This document shows, one piece after another, positions 22,396-31,680 of a DNA stretch of 64,000 nt. Positions within the stretch are counted from its first letter, which is position 1, and each line of letters opens with the position of its first letter. Source of the DNA: Epithemia pelagica (Eukaryota; Protista; Bacillariophyta); assembly GCA_946965045.2 (NCBI GenBank), contig OX337232.1, positions 1,736,001 through 1,800,000 of the forward strand, given 5' to 3'. Made by a program: the position numbers and the translations under genes. The notes under the pieces were generated by a model that was not told where the DNA came from, searched no databases, and saw nothing but the letters and a program-made list of their open reading frames with translations.

Positions 22396-24290
22396 ATGGT
22401 GAAATCCCATGGTCGATCCGTCCTTATGAGCCACTTGAGGCTTTTGGCGGCAACCATTGCATGTTCATACCCCCATGTTCTTGCCTTCTCAAAGTCCTCC
22501 TTGCCACATTTTGGAGTGAAAAAACCTGTTCAAAGCCGCGTCTTTGCCACCTCGGGCGGTGGTCGAAGAAATAGCACGTTCAATCCATTTGAAATGGTTG
22601 GGGATGTTGCATCCAGTTTACTGGGCGGAGGGAGTAACACAATGGAATCCAAAGCACCAAATGTGGAGAACGTTATATCTGGACTTTCTTCTCCTGCTGG
22701 AACTCTCTCGAGTTGGTCCGAGATTCGAGCTCGGTTGGAAAGACTTATGGTATCCGACGAGGAACGAAACTTTCGGTCCAATTTGGCATTGGGACACGGT
22801 GTGGCATCGCCACTTCACAAAATTCGACTCTATGATGAAACTAACCAAGAAAAGGATATCCGAGTTACGTTTTATCGTGGTAAGTTGAACTTCACATCGG
22901 ATCTCATGGCNNNNNNNNNNNNNNNNNNNNNNNNNNNNNNNNNNNNNNNNNNNNNNNNNNNNNNNNNNNNNNNNNNNNNNNNNNNNNNNNNNNNNNNNNN
23001 NNNNNNNNNNNNNNNNNNNNNNNNNNNNNNNNNNNNNNNNNNNNNNNNNNNNNNNNNNNNNNNNNNNNNNNNNNNNNNNNNNNNNNNNNNNNNNNNNNNN
23101 NNNNNNNNNNTTGCATGAAAGTGTGGTTAATGCTAGAAGAGAAAAAGATTCCGTATCGTGTTGAGAAAATTAACATGCGTTGTTATGGAGATAAGCCTGC
23201 GTCATTCATTCGGATTCAACCAGGTGGACAGATTCCAGTCGCAATAATTGATGGACGAGTCTACGGACAGTCCAATGACATCATGTATGCGTTAGAGCAA
23301 TTGTTCACACCAGAGCAAGGTTTTAAGTCACTCTCACCTGCAGTAAACCAGGAGGAAGAAGCTCGCAGCTTACTACGTTTGGAACGGGAGTTGTTTTCCG
23401 CATGGATGTACTGGTTGACTGGAGGAGGTGCACGATCGAGAGATAACTTCATCAAAGTCCTAACAAAAGTGGAAAAGTCCCTGTCAGAGACTGGTCCATT
23501 CTTCCTTGGAGAGTCGGTATCCATTGTGGACTTTATGTTTGCGAGTTTCTTGGAGCGCATGGCTGCCTCATTGTTGTATTTCAAAGGGTTTTTCATTCGT
23601 GTCGCACCCGGAGTTGCAACGGATTTTCCGGCTGTGAACAAATGGTTTGACGCCATGGAAGGTTTGGAAAGCTACCAACTCACCAAATCAGACTACTTTA
23701 CACATTGTTGGGATCTTCCTCCACAATTGGGCGGTTGCACGTACGAGTCTGGCTGTGAGCCGTACGAAAAAGCAATCAATGGAGAACGGGCGTTGGATGA
23801 TACTCAAGGCAGTTGGGAGCTTCCTTTGCAGCCACACAATGGTGGTGTTGAGCCAGATTGGACATGGGCAGCAGTTGACGAGGCCATGGCAATGCAAGAG
23901 GCGGTTGAACGCGTCACTGCCAACCACGAGGCCATTGTGAGATTTGCGTGTCGAGGTGCTGGGAAGAGAGGTTTCCCACCTGTGTCTGCTCCATTGTCAG
24001 ATCCCAATGCCATTCCGAGCGAATCTGTGGAATTTGCAGTCGACTCGTGCATACGAACAGTTTGCCTGGCACTGTTGGAAGGTGTTGATGAACAAGAGGA
24101 ATTAATGTCGAAAATTGCCCATGCTGTGTCTGTCGAAGGCGGAGACGGCTTTGTTTTAGGAGTAGTTGACAGTTTGGCCTATCTTAGAGATCGGATTGGT
24201 GTTCCGAGGGATATGAAACTTCCCGCAGCTCGACAACTGCGAGCCCACTTAAATTGGGCGATCGCTTATTTCCCGAAACAAGGCCAATAA
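22396..24290 (+). CDS. Glutathione S-transferase-like protein (omega/lambda-like), probably plastid-targeted, interrupted by an assembly gap
   Basis: Signal ending VLA-F; VTFYR before a GTAAGT donor at ~22880; after the gap (Y)CMKVWLMLEEKKIPY, IQPGGQIPV and GPFFLG…SIVD…FLERM. Confidence 0.85.
22911..23110. other. Assembly gap (200 N)
   Basis: Run of N inside the GST gene. Confidence 1.
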
Positions 24291-24812
24291 AGGAAGATGG
24301 GTTCAGATGGATATTTGTAACTGCTCGACAGCGCGGAGCCTTCCGGTTGAGCAACCTGTCACCGGCACAGTCTGTCGCAGCACGACCAAGATAATGCCGT
24401 CTTCTTCAAACAATCTCATATGGACCACGAGAAAATAGTGTGAGGTGAGATGTGATCTTTTTCTTCTACTTTCTTCTACTTTACGTAGACTTAATTCGCG
24501 CGATTCCATTATTCCTCGTTTTGTGCTTTTCGACAATGGTCGTGTAATGTGCACCATGTTTGGCTGGGACATCTGTACGTTAGTTATGCAGTGAAAAGAA
24601 ATAAAAACTAACTCAAATAATTGACTTTATGAAAGTATCTGCTACAATACTGAGATTGGAAAAGGCTAAGAGTGTCTCTTTCGTCTCTCCACAGCTGTTA
24701 CAAACATGATCGACGTACGACCAGACCGTCCATGTATAGAAGAAATGCCCTTGAATCTCGGATTCAGACCCTGTATACTCTAGAAAGAGTTGATATTGAC
24801 TGACTCATTTTT

Positions 24813-25199
24813 CTACTCAGTCCATTCAATGTCTTCAAAGTCATTCTTCATCTGCCGCTGGTTGAATTCTGCCAAGGGAAACTCCTCGTAGACAGCATGA
24901 CTCAAGACATGGTCTCTCGCAGAAAACGAGTCAGATTCTCTTTTTCGACACACCAGCTTGTTCATAAGAAACAAATGCAGTCGCTTGAAAAGTCCGGCAA
25001 TTCCAGTTGTTCGAACCAAATTTGGTGGCAAGTCAATACCATTCTCATTCTGGTCAGTGTTCGCCATAATCAGATATCTCTCCGCCGCAATCGAGAGGGA
25101 AGATCGCTTCTTTGTTTTGTAGGAAGGTCTGATGCGATCACGGGTGTACTGTTCGCACTGTTTTGAGAGCGGCGTCATATGCATAGGAACGGAACTCAT
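24813..25199 (-). CDS. Small hypothetical protein
   Basis: 128-aa ATG-initiated ORF in an otherwise empty 1.2-kb interval; no homology recognised. Confidence 0.35.
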   Translation of the reverse strand: MSSVPMHMTPLSKQCEQYTRDRIRPSYKTKKRSSLSIAAERYLIMANTDQNENGIDLPPNLVRTTGIAGLFKRLHLFLMNKLVCRKRESDSFSARDHVLSHAVYEEFPLAEFNQRQMKNDFEDIEWTE

Positions 25200-25524
25200 G
25201 CCTGTCTTCGCTTCGTCTCAATTGTTCAAAGTCAACAGAAAACCATTTGTAACAAGAGTGCAAACCATGGTTTACTCGAAGTTCATGACGTAAACGGACA
25301 AGTTGTTTGGTTGTGTTCCATCACCAGCTGAAAGGTCCAAATCCAGTCCCGTATTGTATATTTTTGGATAGATGGTAGTCACGCGTTTCATGAAACGCAG
25401 GCACTCACCTCCATCGCATTCAGTATCCGTTATCCGTATGAAACGCACGGTTTGTTGAATGAGCTGCAATGTCCTTTGCGAAGCTTTGCCCTTCCCAATT
25501 CGTGGAGAATCCCAAAGGTTGCTA

Positions 25525-27816
25525 CTATGCCTCAAAGTCAAGACCGATACCGACAGAATGCCTTGTCTTCCCTTCTTTTGTATAACATAAATCATAGCGA
25601 ACGGGGATGCCTTGAACGCTTTTACGGAGACCTAACCCTACACAGGATTTTCCGTACAAGGAGTCTCTTGAGTAATCTGGCGAGGCAACCAACCAATCGG
25701 CAAAAACTACGATCCTTCCATCTTGTTTTGTTTGTATCTTGGGAATATCGATGGGAAAGCGTAATTCTGCTGTTCCTCGAACAGCTCCAGTTATTCTCCC
25801 ATCTTCGGTTGCCCCCCGTATTTTGTTCGCAATTGCCTGAGCCCTGGCTTCATGTCGCGGTAAGTACGGTGTTGAAGTAGTTATAGAATGGAGCAATGCA
25901 AACACGACATCCCGCTTGTCTCTTGTCTTTGTTGACAGCAAAGGAAACGTTTGTCGAGCAGTTACAGATCCTGCCGCATATGGCCAAACTCCAATATCGA
26001 TAGTTGGGATGTACTTCTCAATTCGGGAAGGTACGAGTTTCCAACCCTGTTTTCCTACGCCTATACCATGATTTCGTTGAACACGTGAGCCTCCCAAAAG
26101 TTTGCAGTCAATGTTTGACCTTGCATCAATTTCGAGAAGAGAAAGCTTCTGCGAAAACGGTCCTAGGAAAAGGGAACAGCTTCCAATGTTTTCATGCAAT
26201 CCTGTCATGGTGGAGGTGCGCTCTAAGGAACAGCTCGCAACGCTGCTCTGTAAAAACCCCATCTCAAAGGGATTGTGGACTCGTAAAGTCGCTCCTCTTC
26301 TGTTGACAAGGGCATCGTGATCATAGTCAAGTTCCGTGGCATCAGTGACATCGGTCACTGCTGTTTCTGGAGGGTGTATTTCTGCATCAACATACGATGT
26401 CTCCTGTGTTGATTCTTCGCTTGATGATTCAATTCTGTGTTTCTGTCCACCATCGCTTGTTCCCGGCAAAGTTTCTATTCCCCCCAACTGAGTACCTGGT
26501 TCACTAGACTTGCTACCAATATAGTCTGTAAAAGCCTCCACTTCATATCCTCCATCAAGCCCAAAGTTGCTATTGCTAAAACGGAATCGAACAGAAGGTT
26601 CTTTGTCTGTGGGACCTCTCGCAACAGTAACACCAATAGACTCACCACCACCAAAGAGGTTTCCTTTTTCAAAGTTGAGATCACCTGCCCACGCTCCTGT
26701 ATATCCAGATCTTCCTAGTCCGTACTGGACATGTGAGCCTTTTTCTTCGAGTACGACGATTTGCAGCTGGACCGTTCCATCATCCAGTAACTGCGGAGAT
26801 ACATTAAGAACCGAACTAAATATACCACTTCCAGAAACTGCTTCCCAACGCCTTTCATCCCAGCGAAACGGCCTCCCTGAATGAAGTTTGAGAGCTGATG
26901 CAATTTTGGATGGTTTCGTTCGACCTGAAGTTTCCACAAGCGTTGTGTTCGCATCCGCGAGGGAAAACTTTTTGCGATTCTTCGACCTACCCTTCCGCGC
27001 GAAATGCTTGTCCTTGTACTGCCGTAAAGTCAAGAGCTCTCCAGTGTCTCCATCAACTGCCAGTTGCTGACAAAACACGATATCAACTGGCTTTTCGGAC
27101 ACGAGCGGCTCCTCAAGCATAAGCTCAGCTGTCGCTGTTTCAGGTCGAAGGTTCGCGGCTTTCAAGGAATTCAGAACGTAGCCTTCTCGAGAGTACCAGC
27201 GCTTTAACGCACGTGCAAACTCTTGAACAGAGTCCGGTTGCAACGGTCGACCAATAATGCCTGCCCTTCTTGCAGCCAACTCAACGACTTCTGGTGGAAG
27301 AACAGAGGAATTGCCCATCACTTTGATGCGTTCAACAGGCATTGTTGAAAGCTCTTTCATAAGTTTCTCTTCCATGAACTTTTCCTTACTTCGAAAAACG
27401 GAGGAAAATGCTTTTGATGCCCTCCTAAGCGGTGACGTCAAAGATGTTCCAACCAACGCTAGCGCTCCACTGACTGGTGTACTCTGTTGCATAACATTCT
27501 CTGTCACTCCAGTACTCCCCCCTCGACTCACGTTCTGAAAGTGGCCTATGCTATGACGTTTCTTGAGATTTTCTTCCATTGTCATGGGATCAGGGGTAAA
27601 CGTTGCAAGTACCGCTGTTTCTTCCGAAGACGCATCATGGAAAGATCCATCCATCAATCGATGAGAATTCGGTGTTCGTGGAGGTGGCGACCATCCTCCA
27701 CCAAAAGCGAAACCTTCCGAACAGTGACGATCCACCAGTAGAACTAGAAGGAGTAATGCAACAGCGGGGGATAGGAGCTCGAAATTCATGGTCCCCTTGT
27801 GTATGATGTTGGCCAT
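25525..27816 (-). CDS. Omp85/BamA-superfamily beta-barrel (Toc75/OEP80-like) with bipartite leader
   Basis: Signal peptide ending SEG-F; POTRA-like segment (LKRWYSREGYV); alternating beta-strand C-terminus (VVFADW…VGLGLRK…IPVRYDL…HSVGIGLDFE). Confidence 0.78.
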   Translation of the reverse strand: MANIIHKGTMNFELLSPAVALLLLVLLVDRHCSEGFAFGGGWSPPPRTPNSHRLMDGSFHDASSEETAVLATFTPDPMTMEENLKKRHSIGHFQNVSRGGSTGVTENVMQQSTPVSGALALVGTSLTSPLRRASKAFSSVFRSKEKFMEEKLMKELSTMPVERIKVMGNSSVLPPEVVELAARRAGIIGRPLQPDSVQEFARALKRWYSREGYVLNSLKAANLRPETATAELMLEEPLVSEKPVDIVFCQQLAVDGDTGELLTLRQYKDKHFARKGRSKNRKKFSLADANTTLVETSGRTKPSKIASALKLHSGRPFRWDERRWEAVSGSGIFSSVLNVSPQLLDDGTVQLQIVVLEEKGSHVQYGLGRSGYTGAWAGDLNFEKGNLFGGGESIGVTVARGPTDKEPSVRFRFSNSNFGLDGGYEVEAFTDYIGSKSSEPGTQLGGIETLPGTSDGGQKHRIESSSEESTQETSYVDAEIHPPETAVTDVTDATELDYDHDALVNRRGATLRVHNPFEMGFLQSSVASCSLERTSTMTGLHENIGSCSLFLGPFSQKLSLLEIDARSNIDCKLLGGSRVQRNHGIGVGKQGWKLVPSRIEKYIPTIDIGVWPYAAGSVTARQTFPLLSTKTRDKRDVVFALLHSITTSTPYLPRHEARAQAIANKIRGATEDGRITGAVRGTAELRFPIDIPKIQTKQDGRIVVFADWLVASPDYSRDSLYGKSCVGLGLRKSVQGIPVRYDLCYTKEGKTRHSVGIGLDFEA

Positions 27817-27983
27817 TGGTCCAGATTCCGTCGAAAATGTGAGTATGGGTGCGACGTGTGATGACCAATCAAATAACGATCCAAGGACAGACTGCAGCGA
27901 CGTTTTTGACTCATCCCCTCGATGTGTGCTGACAGAAAAGAGAAAGATCTTCGACAAACCAAAAACAATATAAAATATAAGAC

Positions 27984-28523
27984 ATGAGACATTTGACATC
28001 CCTCATATCAGCCCTCTTGGCAGCCACACAAGCCATTATCCTCCGCCAACCGAAAGCAACATGGTTCATTGACGGAAACAATCTGATGGGGCACAAAGGA
28101 ACACCACGTGATCGACAAGCCATCGCTGACAAACTCCAACCAGTGGAGCAGGCGAGCTCGGATTTACACATTCTTCTCATTTGGGATGGGGTCCCAGGCA
28201 AAGACAGCGTCTCTGTTGTCCCAGAGAGTGTCCAAGATGAAGACCTAGGAGGTGATACGACCTCCGTATTCCAGGTCGTTTCCTTGGCCGAGGGTATGAC
28301 GACGGACGATTGGATTATGGAACAGCTCGTGTTCCTCAAGCAATCTGCACCTTTTGCCAGAGTCCAAGTTGTGACAGCTGACCGTGCATTACGGAGGAGA
28401 GTTTTGGAAACAAAACCTATAGTCAAGGGCGTTGTCAATCCAGTGGTATTTTGGCGACGCTATCGTCCTAGACTAACTGGACTGAAAAGCGACTACTCCA
28501 ATGTTCCGAAGAACGAAGAATGA
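27984..28523 (+). CDS. NYN/PIN-domain (YacP-like) putative RNase with signal peptide
   Basis: WFIDGNNLMG, LIWDG, TTDDWI and VVTADRAL supply the acidic PIN-fold catalytic residues. Confidence 0.8.
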   Translation: MRHLTSLISALLAATQAIILRQPKATWFIDGNNLMGHKGTPRDRQAIADKLQPVEQASSDLHILLIWDGVPGKDSVSVVPESVQDEDLGGDTTSVFQVVSLAEGMTTDDWIMEQLVFLKQSAPFARVQVVTADRALRRRVLETKPIVKGVVNPVVFWRRYRPRLTGLKSDYSNVPKNEE

Positions 28524-28746
28524 TCTTCTTGATGAAGTTAACCTCTGAAGGTCAGGAAACAACAACAGAAATCAGTAACCAGGTAGACTTAGACATGACA
28601 AGTTCTTATTATGTTTCATACCTTTGTAGCCGTCGTGCGCAACCTTTTGAAGCCAAATAGATACGTGATATGACGCCAATTCTGACAGGACTTTCCTATA
28701 CACCATGCTTTGCATTTGGATCACTTGTTTCTAATCCATTTTCTGT

Positions 28747-29619
28747 TCATATCCCATCTGTTTGCTTTATGAGCTGTGCTGGGTCCGAATGCCCCTGTGT
28801 CGAAGTGCTTTCGCCTATCGTTGCTGATGATTGCGTTTGCGATCCTTGTTTTATTGTTTCATCTTCATTTTCGACCACTTTTTCTTTGCCGTTTTCGGCC
28901 TTGCTTCGACTTACTACGTGGTCGGAGTTGCGTGAGACAGCGGGAGCAGTTTTGGTTGACAGGACCGTCAATGAATCGGCGTGTTCCGTTCGCCACACGC
29001 TTTTTTTCTTCGTCAGTGTTTCATAGTGCGATATGTAGTAGTCATAGTTGTTCAATGTATAGTCTCCCACAGCGGCTTCTGTTAAAGCGATTAACCGCAA
29101 TTGATTGTGTTCCATTTCTTTTCGTAGCATTAACCGACGAGCACGTCGCTTCCTTGATTTACCCTGTTGCATTCTTTTCTCCCGCATCAATTCCTGCCAA
29201 GAAGATTCAATATCCTTTCGTATCGCAATCGCCAGGTCGAGCTGTTCCAATAAACCCTGACGACGACTTCGGACCAACTCGCGAATTCGTGTGGCCGATG
29301 TGGCTGCATTGGAGAGAGATTTTTCTCTTCCAGGGTCATTTGTGGAAAGATCATTTCCACAAGGTGCATTTTCCACGCTAGTTGCTGCGGAGCGTGATAT
29401 CGCTGAATGCTGAGCATGGTTTTGATAACCCACTTCTTTCTCAGCCTCTTCGAGTTCGTCTTCGACGACTAGATATTCGTGCGTCTCTTCTCCATCGTGA
29501 TGAGTTGTTGACAGTGTGGAGTGCTCAAGAGACTCCTGATACAATCTTTGGATGTGCTTTAGCTGTGCTTTTTGATGGATCGTCAAATTTGGCTGTTCTT
29601 GCCCCGTCGCCGATGACAT
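28747..29619 (-). CDS. Hypothetical coiled-coil protein
   Basis: 290-aa ATG ORF with a charged helical middle; no family recognised. Confidence 0.55.
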   Translation of the reverse strand: MSSATGQEQPNLTIHQKAQLKHIQRLYQESLEHSTLSTTHHDGEETHEYLVVEDELEEAEKEVGYQNHAQHSAISRSAATSVENAPCGNDLSTNDPGREKSLSNAATSATRIRELVRSRRQGLLEQLDLAIAIRKDIESSWQELMREKRMQQGKSRKRRARRLMLRKEMEHNQLRLIALTEAAVGDYTLNNYDYYISHYETLTKKKSVWRTEHADSLTVLSTKTAPAVSRNSDHVVSRSKAENGKEKVVENEDETIKQGSQTQSSATIGESTSTQGHSDPAQLIKQTDGI

Positions 29620-29914
29620 TGATAAGGTGTCTATTTCGATCAGGGTCTCGCAAAACTGGAAGCCTTGCCCATGGCGTTGCGGTTGCGTTGGGTGACAACG
29701 AAAACGGACGGCCCGAACCCGAAGCTATTACCTCTAAGGGCTGGGTGCACCGATTTGGTGTCTTCTAGGTCTGACCGCGCGTACGTGTTTTGTGGGGGAG
29801 GGGATGTCATCACATTTTACTCGCACATCAAAAATTTCATGCCCTACAAGATGGAAGACAATTCGACCATGGTATGAACCTCCCGATCACAATAACTTCC
29901 TGAATATACAGAAC

Positions 29915-29983
29915 TAATTGAGACAAACTTAGGATACTCTTTGTAGATGCCTTATGGACCTGAGGTTCAGTTTGTCTCAATTA
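29915..29983. repeat. Perfect 15-bp inverted repeat with 39-nt spacer
   Basis: TAATTGAGACAAACT (29915-29929) and AGTTTGTCTCAATTA (29969-29983). Confidence 0.85.
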
Positions 29984-30290
29984 CCTCCCAAAAATGAGCA
30001 TGCTAACCAAGAAGACACCAAATCGGTGCACCCAGCCCTTACCTACCGCATCCGCCAGTATTCCCCAGCGCGTAAGTCAATGAGGGTTGTTGAAAGGAAA
30101 ATAGTACCTCCGAAACACCCCCGCTGAGGAATGCATTGAAATTTCAGACTCTCGCTCACACTCCCCAGCGGAGGTGTTTTTCAGGTTGTAATTTCGTTGA
30201 AAAAAAAAAACCCCGCTAGGGGTTACGGTCACGGTCGGCGATTGCTTTTTCAGATTATTTTTTTCAGACTTGCCCAAAAAGCGAAATATC

Positions 30291-31265
30291 ATGAGTACGT
30301 TCCGAATCGAATCGGAAACCAAAGGTCGATCAGAATTCTTTGATGGAGATCAAGGCAAAGTCGCCTTATCTGATGAAAGTGCTCGCATGGATGGCATTTG
30401 GTGGGTAGAAGCAGTTGAAAGCGCCCTCAATCTTCATCCTGACCAGCGAGACGAGAAGCAAGAGAGCAACAGTGAAACGAAAACATTTGGAAACTATGCG
30501 TGCGCACACTCACAAAGCAACGGAGGATTCCGCGAGTCGTCACAATCGGTAGACTCAAAAGAAGATGATCCTTTGCGACAGAAGAAAGGATGGCCTAAAT
30601 TTCGTTTGCGCAGCAGAAAGCCTTCATCTAATGATAAATCGAAACAGAATGAAACCTCAGCTCCATCTCCAGTCTCCATTCCGAATACTGCAATTGAACA
30701 CGACTCTTCCATCCCTGCAAGCCAATTAGAAGTCACGACTTCATCACTGCAGCAGTTTGTGTTTGTTCATGAATCTAGCCAGCATCTGATTCAAGATATT
30801 CATGGTCATACTGTTTTACATGTTCTCCCAGGTCGAATTGATTTGGGGTATAGTGCGACGGTGTATACGTTGGCTCTTTCGCATTACTTGGAAAGTCTGT
30901 TTCAAGTATTGGCAACGGATGTGAAGCTTACTGTTTTGCTTGATGTACGGGCTGGACGTGGCTGGCCAAATCCACCGGCACTTCAAATGGTCGGTTTTAT
31001 TCGTCGTGTGGCATCCGATCTATGTGCACGATATCCGAACTGTCTGAACAAGTGCCTCATATTCCCGTTGCCTCGAGCAGCTACTGCTATTTGGAACTTT
31101 GTGGTTAAACCATATCTGGATGAAAATCTTCGTAATTCTATGGAGTTGGTTCCAGGTAACAGCACCGGAGTCGATTCACCACCACCGACGGAGAAACTGT
31201 CGGCATTTCTGTCCACTGAGAATGTGGATCATCTAGAGAGACACAGACTCTCATGTTTCAATTGA
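30291..31265 (+). CDS. CRAL-TRIO (Sec14-like) lipid-binding domain protein
   Basis: LTVLLDVR…IRRVASDLCARYPNCLNKCLIFPLPRAATAIWNFVVKPYLDE matches the CRAL-TRIO C-terminal pattern. Confidence 0.75.
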   Translation: MSTFRIESETKGRSEFFDGDQGKVALSDESARMDGIWWVEAVESALNLHPDQRDEKQESNSETKTFGNYACAHSQSNGGFRESSQSVDSKEDDPLRQKKGWPKFRLRSRKPSSNDKSKQNETSAPSPVSIPNTAIEHDSSIPASQLEVTTSSLQQFVFVHESSQHLIQDIHGHTVLHVLPGRIDLGYSATVYTLALSHYLESLFQVLATDVKLTVLLDVRAGRGWPNPPALQMVGFIRRVASDLCARYPNCLNKCLIFPLPRAATAIWNFVVKPYLDENLRNSMELVPGNSTGVDSPPPTEKLSAFLSTENVDHLERHRLSCFN

Positions 31266-31565
31266 GGTTAGAGAGATGGACGATGAGAACTACCGTAATT
31301 TGTAATTTTCGGTTTCCTGTACCCCATGGATCAGTGAGGGGGGTACAGGACCAAGAGAATTTTTACTATTTTTTTTAAGATTCCATACGCAAGGTACAAT
31401 TAAATTCATAGTAATAGTTAACTTCAACATCGGAGTAGTAGAGAAGAGTCGGTCGCACTATTCCAGTTATGGGAAAGACCGTGCTTCTTCGCGTAGCCTT
31501 AACCCTAAGCATAATACCCATCCTGCTGTATCTCTTGTTTCTCCTCTTTGATTCATTCCCATGCA

Positions 31566-31680
31566 CGCGGGGATCGACCCAGCGAACACATCCTGCGGTC
31601 TGTGTTGTCGCGAGGTCGTCACAGTAGCTAGTAGGAGAGAGTGCTAGGATGTAGACACACACGTTTGCCGAAAGGCCCAG
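31566..31680 (-). repeat. Repeat B2, distal part
   Basis: Matches B1 36140-36264 except for a 10-nt deletion and one substitution. Confidence 0.92.

Noticed and set aside
31499-31508. Telomere-like TTAACCCTAA (also AAACCCTAA near 35721)
   Set aside because: Single isolated units, not arrays.
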